This document shows positions 12,201 to 22,520 of a stretch of DNA of 64,000 nt, one piece after another (the stretch's first letter is position 1; each line of letters opens with the position of its first letter). The DNA comes from Squalus acanthias (Eukaryota). Made by a program: the position numbers and the translations under genes. Location of the stretch: the NCBI GenBank assembly GCA_030390025.1, contig CM059430.1:61566001-61630000 (forward strand), written 5' to 3'. The notes beneath the pieces were generated by a model. It saw only the letters and a list, made by a program, of their open reading frames with translations. It was not told where the DNA came from and did not search any database.

Positions 12201-13980
12201 CTCAACATTCCTGTTTACAGTGTGTTCAGATGAGATAGAGAGGGGGATAAAAAAGGAGGGGAGGATTCGCAATATTGTTTAAACAAGAATTACAACTGTG
12301 AGGAGTGCTGATATGTTAGAAGTATCATTAAATCAAGGTAGAACTGAAGAACAAAGCAGGGGCAATCACACACCTGGGAGTGTACTATAGACCCCCAAAC
12401 AGTCAGAGGGAGATAGAAGAGCAAATGTGTCGGCAAATTTCTGAGAAGTGCAAGAACAATAGGGCAGTGATAGTAGGTTATTTCAAACACCCTAATATTA
12501 ACTAGGATAGAATCAATGTAAACAATATAGAGGACGTAGGATTCTTAAAATGCATTAATGCGAAGATTTTTTAGCCAGTACGTAGCAAACCCAACAAGAG
12601 AGGAGGCAGTTCTGGACGTAGTTTTAGGGAATGAAGCTGGGCAGGTGGAAGGGCTATCATTGGCAAAAGATTTTGATGACAATGATCATGTTTAAGTTAG
12701 AATTAGCGTAGTGATGGAAAAGGACAAAGATAGACCAGGAGTAAGAGTTCTCAATTGGGGCAAGGCCAATTTTATGAGGCTGAGACGTGATTTAGCAAAA
12801 GTGGATTGGAAACAACTACTTGAAGTTAAATCAGTGTCAGAGCAGTGGGAGGCATTCAAGGCGGAGATAGTGAGGGTTCAGAGAAAATATGTTCCCACAA
12901 GATAATGGGTGGGATTCCCAAATCTAGAGAACCCTGGATTTCAAGGGGCATACAGGGTATGATAAGGAAAAAAAGGGAGCTTTTGTCAGCTCCGAGAGCT
13001 CAATACTGCAGAAAGCCTAGAGGAGTATAGAAAGTGCAGGGGTGAAATTAAAAGCAAAATTAGGAAAGCAAAGAGAGGGAATGAAAAAATATTGTCGAGT
13101 AAAATCAAGAAAAACGCAAAGATGTTTTATAAATACATAAGGAGCAAATGGATAACTAAGGAAAGCGTAGGGCTTATTAGAGACCAAAGAGGTTCCTGTG
13201 CGTGGAGGCAGAAGACGTGGGTATGGTTCTGAATGAATACTTTGTGTCTGTTTTCACAAAAGAGAGGGACGATGCAGACATTATAGTTAAGGAGGAAGAG
13301 TGTGAAATATTAAATGTGATAAACATAGTGAGGGAGTAAATATTGAGGGGGTAGCATCTTTGAAAGAAGATAAATCGCCAGTCCCGGATGAAATGTATCC
13401 CAGGCTGTTAAGAGAAGCAAGAAAGGAAATGGCGGAGGCTCTGCCCATCATTTTCCAATCCTGTCTGGCTACAGATTTGGTGCTGGAGCACTGGAGCACT
13501 GGATGACTGCTAACATTGTACTGTTGTTTAAAAAGGGAGAAAGGAATATACCGAGTAATTACAGATCAGTCAGTCTAACGTCGGTGTTGGGCAAATTATT
13601 GGAAAAACTTCTGAGGGACAGTATTAATCATCATTTAGAAAGGCACCGACTAATCAAGGATAGTCAGCATGGATTTGTTAAGTGAAGATCGTGTCTGACT
13701 GATTGATTGAATTTTTTGAGTAGGTAACAAGGAGGGTCGATGAGGTTAGTACATTTGATGTATTCTACATGGATTTTAGCAAGGCTCTTCATAAGGACCC
13801 ACATGGCAGAGTGGTCAGAAAAGACAAGTCCATGGGATCCAAAGGAAAGTGACAACTTGGAAACAAAATTGGCTCAGTGGCAGGAAGCAAAGGAAAATGG
13901 ACGCTAGGTGTTTTTGTGACTGCAAGGCTACAGGGCTCAGTACAAGAACCCTTGGTTTTTGTGGTATGTACCCATTATAG
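9300..13980 (+). mobile_element. Decayed CR1 LINE with 5' UTR, ORF1 and 5' half of ORF2 (split by a - strand CR1)
   Basis: ORF1 start MAGHFSSIECKSSAMWEV...LCRTC near 9540, esterase-like CCLPGVRVKDV...VVVHISTNDI at 11432-11650, APE/RT fragments at 12060-13950 with many stops. A roughly 52-bp tandem duplication lies in the 5' UTR (about 9312-9408). Confidence 0.85.
10027..11390 (-). mobile_element. 5'-truncated CR1 (RT domain to 3' tail)
   Basis: ORFs 10768-11390 and 10246-10518 carry RT motifs. The tail repeat is at about 10027-10043. Confidence 0.9.
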
Positions 13981-13982
13981 TA

Positions 13983-14297
13983 ACATAGAAACATAGACAA
14001 ATAGGAGCAGGAGAAGGCCATTCGGCCCTTCGAGCCTGCTCCGCCATTTAATATGATCATAGCTGATCCTCTATCTCAATATCATATTCCCGCTCTGTCT
14101 CCATACCCCTTGATGCCTTTTGTGTCTAGATATCTATCTATCTCCTTCTTAAATATATTCAGTGACTTGGCCTCCACAGCCTTCTGTGGTAGAGAATTCC
14201 ACAGGTTCACCACCCTCTGAGTGAAGAAACTTCTCCTCATCTCAGTCCTAAATATCCTACCCCATATCCTGAGACTGTGACCCCTCGTTCTAGATCC
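13983..14297 (-). mobile_element. CR1 3' tail fragment
   Basis: Reverse complement of the tail seen at 21010-21260 and 22021-22090, with a (TTTCTATG)-type terminal repeat. Confidence 0.85.
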
Positions 14298-15889
14298 AGT
14301 TGTCGTGGTCTACGTAGGAACCAATGACATAGGTAGGACAAAGAAAGAGGTTCTGCTGAGAGATTTTGAGCAACTAGGGACTAAATTAAAAAGCAGAACC
14401 ACAAAGGTCATAATCTCTAGATTATTACCGGAGCCACAAACAAATTGGCATTGGGTCAATAGGATCAGGGAGATGAATGCCTGAATGAAAGATTGGTGTG
14501 GGAGAAGTGGTTTTCGATTCGTGGGTCACTGGCACTAGTACTGGGGTAAGAGGTAGCTGTTCCGTTGGGATGGACAACACCTAAACCATGCTTGGACCAG
14601 AGTTCTAGCGAGTCGAATAACTAGGGAGGTAGATAGGGCTTTAAACTAAATAAGGGGGGGGGGGGGGGAAGAGTCCCGGTGGTGAGAAATCTAGAATGCT
14701 AAAGAGAAAAGACAAAGAAGCATTGCAAGAAATTGATTGTGTTAAGGACAACCAGATTGTTTCAGGAAGGGACAGAGCGTACAAACAAAGGAGTGCACTG
14801 CAAATAGAATCCGATAAGGAAAAAATGGTAATAAGACAAATAGGGCCATAGTACAAAACATGTTAAAATGTCTAAAAATTTTAAAAAGACAAATCTAAAT
14901 TGAGCTGAATGCATGAAGCATTTGTAATACGGTAGACGAATTAACAGCGCAAATAGATGTAAATGGATACGATAACATTGTGATTATGGAGACATGGCTG
15001 CAGGGTGCCAAGGCTGGGAGCTGAATATCCAAGGATATTCGATATTTAGGAAGGACAGGCAAAAAGGAACATTAGGTGGGGTGGCGTTGTTAGGAAAGGA
15101 TGAAATCAGAGCAATAGTGAGAAAGGATAATGGCTCAGAAAATCAAGATGTAGAATCAGTCTGGGTGGAGCTAAGGAACACCAAGCGGCAGAAAACATTG
15201 GTGAGAGTTGTCTATAGGCCTCCAAACAGTAGTGGTAATGTCGGGCATTGCATCAAACAGGACATTAGAGATGCATGTAATAAAGGTACTACAGTAGTCA
15301 TGGGTGACTTTAATCTACATATAGACTGGCCAAACCAAGTTAGAAATAATACTGTGAAGGATGAATTCCTGGAGTGTGTACGAGATGGTTTTTCAGACCA
15401 GTACGTTGAGGAGCCAACTAGGGAACAGGCTATCCTAGATTGGGTATTGTGCAATGAGAAGGGGTTAATTAAGAATATTGCTGTGCAGTGTCCTTTAGGG
15501 AAGCGTGACCATAACATGATAGAATTCTTCATTAAGATGGAAAGTGAAAAAGTCCAATCCAAAACTAGGGTCCTAAATCTAAGCAAAGGAAACTACGAAG
15601 GAATGAGGAGTGAGTTGGCTATGATAGATTGGGGAGCTTTACTAAAAGGCATGACGTTGTATAGGCAATGGCTAACATTTAAGGAACGAATGCATGAATT
15701 GCAACAGGTATACATTCCTTTCGGGTGCAAAAACACTAAAGGATAAGCGGCCCAACCATGGCTAACAAAAGAAAAGAAGGATAGTCTTAGATCCAAAGAG
15801 AAGTCATATAAAGTTGCCAGAAAATGTAGCAAGCCTGAGGATTGGGAGTAGTTTAGAGATCAGCAAAAATGCACCAAGAGATTGATTAA

Positions 15890-18800
15890 CATAAGAACAT
15901 AAGAACATAAGAAATAGGAGCAGGAGTAGGCCAATCGGCCCCTCGAGCCTGCTCCGCCATTCAATAAGATCATGGCTGATCTGATCCTAACCGCCAATCT
16001 ACTATCTATCACAGAACCATCTCCTGCATCTAACAGAATTGCACACACGAAATAGGAGCAGAATCAGGCTACACAGTCCCTGGGCCCGCTCCACTACCCA
16101 CAGGGCCATGACCGATCCGAACCTAGACTCATGTCCAAATTCCTGCCCGCTCCCCGTAACCCTTAATGCCCTTTACTTCTAGGAAACTGTCTATTTCTGT
16201 TTTAAATTTAATTAATGTTGTAGCTTCTACAGCTTTTTGTGGCAGCATATTCCATGGACCTACCACCCTCTGAGTGAAGTAGTTCCTCCTCATCTCAGTT
16301 TTGAAAGAGCAGCCCCTTATTCTAAGACTATGTCCCCTAGTTCTCGTCTCACCCGTCATCGGGAACATCCTCCCCGCATCCACCCGATCCAACCCCTTCA
16401 CAATCTTATATGTTTCAATAAGATCGCCTCTCATTCTTCTGAACTCCAATGAGTAGAGTCCCAATCTACCCAACCTCTCCTCATATGACCACCCCCTCAT
16501 CCCCGGGATTAACTGAATGAACCTTTTTTGCACTGCCTCGAGAGCAAGGATGTCTTTCCTTAAGTAAGGACACCAAAACTGTATGCAGTATTCCAGGTGC
16601 GGTCTCACCAATACCTTGTACAACTGAAGCAATACCTCCCTATTTTTATATTCTATCCCCCTAGCAATGAAAGCCAACATTCCATTTGCCTTCTTAATCA
16701 CTTGCTGCACCTGCATACTAACCTTTTGAGTTTCGTGCACCAGGACCCCCAGATCCCTTTGCACTTCAGTACTCTCCAGTTTCTTGCCATTAAGATAATA
16801 AATTGCTCTAGGATTTTTCCTGCCAAAGTGCATCACCTCACACTTTCCAGTGTTGTATTCCATCTGCCAAATCTCTGCCCACTTACTTAGCCTGTCTATG
16901 TCCCCTTGCAGGTTTTTTATGTCCTCCTCATTCACTACTTTCCCTCCCATCTTTGTATCATCTGCAAATTTTGATATGTTACACTTGGTCCCTTCCTCCA
17001 AATCGTTAATATAGATTGTGAAGAGTTGGGGACCCAGCACTGACCCCTGTGGAACACCACTAGTTACTGATTGCCAGTCTGAGAATGAACCATTTATCCC
17101 AACTCTTTGCTTTCTGTTAGATAGCCAATCCTCTATCCATGCCAGAATATTACCCCCAATTCCGTGATTTTTTACCTTAAGCAATAATCTTTTGTGTGGC
17201 ACCTTGTCAAATGCCTTTTGGAAGTCTAAATACACTACGTCCACTGGTTCCCCTTTATCCACTCTATATGTTACTTCCTCAAAGAACTCCAGCAAATTTG
17301 TCAAACATGACTTCCCCTTCGTAAAACCATGCTGACTTTGTCCTATTAAATTATGATTATCCAAATGTCCTGTTACTGTTTCCTTAATAATGGACTCCAA
17401 AATTTTACCTACCACAGATGTTAGGCTAACCGGTCTATAGTTACCAGCCTTCTGTCTACTGCCCTTTTTAAATAAGGGTGTTACATTAGCAGTTTTCCAG
17501 TCTGCCGGGACCTTAGCGGAATCCAGGGAGTTTTGAAAAATTATTACCAATGCATCTACAATCCCTACCGCCACTTCCTTCAAGACTCTAGGATGTAAGC
17601 CATCAGGTCCAGGTGATTTATCCGCCTTGAGTCCCATTATTTTACCGAGTACCACTTCCTTAGTGATTTTGATCGTGTTTAGCTCCTCTCCCCCTATAGC
17701 CCCCTGTTTGTCCAGTGTTGGGATATTCTTAGTGTCCTCTACTGTAAAGACTGATACAAAATATTCATTCAGTGTTTTTGCCATCTCCATATTTCCCACC
17801 ATTAATTTCCCGGTCTCATCCTCTAAGGGACCAACATTTACTTTAGCCACCCTTTTTCTTTTTATATAACTATAAAAACTCTTACTATCTGTTTTTATAT
17901 TTTTTGCTAATTTACTTTCATAATCTATCTTCCCTTTCTTAATCAATCTTTTTGTTATTTTTTGCTGCCTTTTAAAGTTTTCCCAATCCTCTGTCCTCCC
18001 ACTAGATTTCGCTACCTTATATGCCCTTGTTTTTAGTCGAATACTATCCTTAATTTCTTTACTTAGCCACGGATGACTGTCCTTTCTTTTACACCCTTTT
18101 CTTTTCAGTGGAATATATTTTTTTTGGAAGTTGTAAAATAACTCCTTGAATGTACACCACTGATCATGTGTCGTCTTACCCTTTAATCTATTTTCCCAAT
18201 CCACTCTACTCAATTCCGCTCGCATACCTTCATAGTCTCCTTTATTCAAGCTTAGCACGCTTGTTTGAGATCCAACCTTCTCACCCTCTAATTGAATATG
18301 GAATTCAACCATGTTATGGTCACTCATTCCAAGGAGATCCTTTACTAGGACATTTTTAATTAATCCTGTCTCGTTACACAGGACCAGATCTAAGGTTGCT
18401 TGCCCCCTGGTCGGTTCAGTTACATACTGCTCAAGAAACCCATCCCTAATACACTCAATGAACTCATCCTCAAGGCAGCCCTGCCCCATTTGATTTGTCC
18501 AATTAATATGATAGTTAAAATCCCCCATAATTATAGATGTTCCCTTATTACATGCCTCAACTATTTCCTGATTGATACTCCGTCCAATAGAGTTGCAACT
18601 GTTCGGAGGCCTATAGACTACGCCCACTAATGTTTTTTTCCCCTTATTATTCCTTATCTCCACCCAAACTGTTTCATTATCATGATTTTTTGACCCAATA
18701 TCATTACTCTGTATTACAGTGATTCCTTCCTTTATTAACATAGCCACCCCACCTCCCCTTCCTTCCTGCCTGTCCTTCCTGATCGTTAAATAACCTGGTA

Positions 18801-19442
18801 TGTTTAATTCCCAGGCATTGTCACCCTGCAGCCATGTTTCTGCAATGGCCACAATATCATAACCATATGTAGTTATTTGTGCCATTAACTCATCTATTTT
18901 GTTACGAATGCTACGTGCATTCAGATAGAGGACTTTCAAATATGCTTTGTGGCACTTAGTTCCTGCTTTTTCACTTTTTACCAGTTTACCTTTTACTCCA
19001 CACACTCTGTCCCTTCCTGCCACGCTCTGATTTGTGATTCCCCTACTGCTACCTATGTCTATGACCCTCTCTGTTGTCATTTTTATTTTTTGCTCTCTTG
19101 AAACCTCCCCCCCACTAATTAGTTTAAAGCCCTCTCCACAGCCCTAGTTATTCGATTCGCCAGGACACTAGTCCCAGCACTGGCCAAGTGAAGTCCGTCC
19201 CAACGGAACAGCTCTCTCCTGCCCCAGTACTGGTGCCAGTGTCCCAAGAAGCAAAACCCATTTTTCCCACACCAGTCTTTGAGCCACGCATTCAACTCCC
19301 TGATTTTATTTACCCTAGCCAAATTTGCTCGTGGCTCAGGTAGTAATCCAGAGATTATTACCCTCGAGGTTCTGCTTTTTATTTTGGCCCCTAGCTGCTC
19401 AAACTCCCTCAGCAGAACCTCTTTCCTTGTCCTATCTATGTC
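15890..19442 (-). mobile_element. Young 5'-truncated CR1 LINE inserted into an older CR1
   Basis: (TTCTTATG)n tail at about 15890-15912, intact ORF2, C-terminal part of the SGNH-esterase-like ORF1 (19119-19442). ATTAA is duplicated at 15885-15889 and 19443-19447, and the host CR1 reads through once the insert is removed. Confidence 0.95.
16129..19080 (-). CDS. CR1 LINE ORF2: intact APE endonuclease plus reverse transcriptase (983 aa)
   Basis: Uninterrupted ORF with APE motifs (YLNARSIRNK, AETWL, GVVYRPP, MGDFN, SDHN) and RT motifs ([37 protein letters not shown]), plus the CR1-type C-terminus (RPHLEYC, RRMRGDLIETYKI). Confidence 0.97.
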   Translation of the reverse strand: MTTERVIDIGSSRGITNQSVAGRDRVCGVKGKLVKSEKAGTKCHKAYLKVLYLNARSIRNKIDELMAQITTYGYDIVAIAETWLQGDNAWELNIPGYLTIRKDRQEGRGGGVAMLIKEGITVIQSNDIGSKNHDNETVWVEIRNNKGKKTLVGVVYRPPNSCNSIGRSINQEIVEACNKGTSIIMGDFNYHINWTNQMGQGCLEDEFIECIRDGFLEQYVTEPTRGQATLDLVLCNETGLIKNVLVKDLLGMSDHNMVEFHIQLEGEKVGSQTSVLSLNKGDYEGMRAELSRVDWENRLKGKTTHDQWCTFKELFYNFQKKYIPLKRKGCKRKDSHPWLSKEIKDSIRLKTRAYKVAKSSGRTEDWENFKRQQKITKRLIKKGKIDYESKLAKNIKTDSKSFYSYIKRKRVAKVNVGPLEDETGKLMVGNMEMAKTLNEYFVSVFTVEDTKNIPTLDKQGAIGGEELNTIKITKEVVLGKIMGLKADKSPGPDGLHPRVLKEVAVGIVDALVIIFQNSLDSAKVPADWKTANVTPLFKKGSRQKAGNYRPVSLTSVVGKILESIIKETVTGHLDNHNLIGQSQHGFTKGKSCLTNLLEFFEEVTYRVDKGEPVDVVYLDFQKAFDKVPHKRLLLKVKNHGIGGNILAWIEDWLSNRKQRVGINGSFSDWQSVTSGVPQGSVLGPQLFTIYINDLEEGTKCNISKFADDTKMGGKVVNEEDIKNLQGDIDRLSKWAEIWQMEYNTGKCEVMHFGRKNPRAIYYLNGKKLESTEVQRDLGVLVHETQKVSMQVQQVIKKANGMLAFIARGIEYKNREVLLQLYKVLVRPHLEYCIQFWCPYLRKDILALEAVQKRFIQLIPGMRGWSYEERLGRLGLYSLEFRRMRGDLIETYKIVKGLDRVDAGRMFPMTGETRTRGHSLRIRGCSFKTEMRRNYFTQRVVGPWNMLPQKAVEATTLIKFKTEIDSFLEVKGIKGYGERAGIWT

Positions 19443-21260
19443 ATTAAGAGGCGAAAAATAGAGTTTGTGAGTAAACTTGCAAGGAACATAAAAGCAGACT
19501 GTAACAGCTTCTACAAGTATGTAAAAAGAAAAAGATTAGTGAAGACAAATGTAGGTCTCTTACAGTCAGAAATGGGAGAATTTTTAATGGGGAACAAGGA
19601 AATGGCAGTGCAATTAAACACATAACTTGGTTCTGTCTTCACGGAAGAGGACACAGATAAATTTCCATAAATACTAGGGAACCAAGGATCTAGTGAGAAG
19701 GAGGAATTAAAGGAAATTAGTATTAGTAAAAAAATAGTGCTGGAGAAATTAATGAGACTGAAAGCCGTTAAATTCCCTGGGCCTGATAATCTGCATCCCA
19801 GAGTACTAAAAGAGGCAGCCATGGAAATATTGGATGCACTGGTTGTCATCTTCCAAAATTCTGTACATTATGGAACAGTTCCTGCAGATTGGAGGGTGGC
19901 AAATGTAACCACACTATTTAAAAAAGGAGGGAGAGGAAACAACAGGGAACTACAGACCGGTTACCCTAACATCAGTAGTAGGGAAAATGCAAGAGTCTAT
20001 TATAAAGGATGTGATAACAGGACACGTAGAAAATATCAACTGGATTAGACAAAGTAAACATGGATTTATGAAAGCGAAATCGTGTTTGACAAACCTACTG
20101 GAGTTTTTGACGATGTAACTGGTAGAATAGATAAGGGAGAACCAGTGGATGTGGTGTATTTGCATTTCAGAAGGCCTTTGATAAAGTCCCACATAAGAGG
20201 TTAGTGTGCAAAGTTAAAGCACATGGGATTGTGGGTAATATACTGGCATGTATTGAAAATTGTTTAACAGACAGGGAACAGAGAGTAGGAATAAATGGTT
20301 CTTTTTCGGGGTTGCAGGCGTTGACAAGGGGTACTGCAGGGATCAGTGCTTGGGCCCCAGCTATTCACGATATATATTAATGATTTGGATGAGGGAACCA
20401 AATGTAATATTTCCAAGTTTGCTGACGACACGAAACTAGTTGGGATTGTGAGTTGTGAGGAGGGTGGAAAGAGGATTTAAGGCGTTTTAGACAAGTTGAG
20501 TGAATGGGGAAATACATGGCAGATGCAGTATAACGTCGATAAATGTGAAGTTATGGCAGAGTATTATTTAAATGGTGATAGATTGTGAAATGTTGATATA
20601 CAAAGGGACCTGGGTGTCCTTGTACACCTGTCACTGAAAGCTAACATGCAGGTGCAGCAAGCAGTTAGGGAGGCAAATGGTATGTTGGCCTTCATTGCAA
20701 GAGGATTTGAGTACAGGAGCAAGGATGTCTTACTACAGTTATGCAGGGCCTTGGTGAGATCACACCTGGAATACTGTGTGCAGTTTTGGCATCCTTATCT
20801 GAGAAATTATATATTTGCCATAGAGGAAGTGCAGCGAAGGTTCACCAGACTGATTCCTGGAATCGCAGGACTGTCATATGAGGAGAGATTGGGTCGACTA
20901 GGCCTGTATTCGACTAGATTAGAAGAATGAGAGGGGATCTCATTGAAACGTATAAAATTCTGACAGGGCTAGGCACACTGGATGCAGGGAGGATGTTTCC
21001 CCTGGCTGGGGGTTCTAGAACGAGGGGTCACAGTCTCAGGATGCGGGGTAGGATGTTTAGGACTGAGATGATGAGAAATTTCTTCACTCAGAGGTAGGTG
21101 AACCTGTGGAATTCTCTACCACAAAAGGCTGTGGAGGCCAAGTCACTGAATATATTTAAGAATGAGATAGATAGATTTCTAGATACAAAAGGATTCAAGG
21201 GGTATGGGGAGAGAGCGGGAATATGGTATTGAGATAGAGAATCAGCCATGATCATATTGA

Positions 21261-22020
21261 CAGAAATTCAGCTCTCCGGCTTCCAGCGGGTGTAAGAATC
21301 GCGCACGTAATTACATACCACGCCTGCTGTTGTGCTTTGGGCCCGCATGGAATTCGGCTCGTTGTCCTCCTGCAGCTGCCAGCGCGCAGTGCTTGCGTAT
21401 CCCAGGGCCGTAGTTAGTTCGAAGCATCGCCTGGGATCACGTGGGCCATGGAGAGCCAATCGGAGCAGGGAATTTTCATTCATAGATTTGACAGGAAGAC
21501 CTGTCCAATCTATAAAGAGAGATCGGCCCCAAAACCACACTAAAACTTCAAATAAATTTAACGAAGCATCACATTTTTAAAATAACTATAAATTACATAA
21601 ATTAACTACTTAAAAAAAATTAAATTTTTGAAATAATTAATTATACTTTTTAACGGTGCTAAAAATAAACTTACCTTTCTTTAACGTATGTAAAAAAGAT
21701 AAACCTGTTGAAAAAATGTTTAAATTTTACTTAATTCACCACTTACCTTGTTAAAAGCAGGCCTTGCACCTCCTTTTTCCCCCGCACAGCTTCTCCGTAC
21801 TTACCTGCACGGAGAAACATGAAATCAAAAAAACGAAGTTCGAGGTCTACGCGCTGCCTCTCCGGTGCACGCGTTCAACCTCTGAACCCCTTCCTTCAGG
21901 GGAACCGGAAGTTCCGGTTTCCAGCACATGCGCAGTGCATGCAGGAAACCGGCACTTTCGTTGGGTCTAAGGGTGAGTACCCAACGCGTGCTCAGCCGTG
22001 GAGACCCGAATTTCTGGCCC
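21261..22020 (+). mobile_element. MITE family A (Harbinger-type termini GGGCCAGAAATTCGG)
   Basis: Right TIR ccgaatttctggccc, eroded left TIR cagaaattcag, AT-rich middle, internal hairpins. Interrupts a CR1 tail. Confidence 0.8.
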
Positions 22021-22129
22021 AATAAATGGTGGAGCAGGCTCGAAAGGCCGAATGGCCTACTCCTGCTCCTATTTTTCTATGTTTCTATATTTGTAAACAT
22101 ATTATCCTCACCTCACCTCTGGTACATTT

Positions 22130-22500
22130 GACAATCACCTTAAATCTGTGTCCTCTGGTTTCCGACCCTTCCATCAGTGGAAACAATTTCTCCTTATTTA
22201 CTCTAGCAAAACAGTTCATGATTTTGAACACCTCTATCTAATCTCCTCTTCACCTTCCCTGCTCTAAGGAGAACACGCCCAGCATCTCCAGTCTGTCTGC
22301 ATAACTGAAGCCCCACAACCCTGGTACCGTTCTAGTAAATATCTTCTGCACCCTCTCTTCGGCCTTGACAGTCTTCCTAATGTGTGGTGCCCCAAATTGA
22401 ACACAATACTCCAGCTGATGCCTAACCAGTGTTTTATAAAGTTTTAGCATACCTTCTTCGCTCTTGTACAAGAGCAAAGAAGTTATGCTAAACCTTTTTA
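22130..22500 (-). mobile_element. CR1 ORF2 C-terminal fragment
   Basis: ORF 22250-22534(-) LYKTLVRHQLEYCVQF. Confidence 0.75.
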
Positions 22501-22520
22501 AAACTATGTGTCTATTGTTA

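Larger units (their letters stand above)
14298..22090 (+). mobile_element. Decayed CR1 (ORF1 3' part through tail), host to the young CR1 and a MITE
   Basis: Segments 14298-15889, 19443-21260 and 22021-22090 are collinear with the uninterrupted sister copy at 50760-54270. Confidence 0.9.

Noticed and set aside
15890-15912. Short direct repeats (CATAAGAA)n as a CRISPR-like array
   Set aside because: These are spacer-less 8-bp CR1 tail repeats in eukaryotic DNA.
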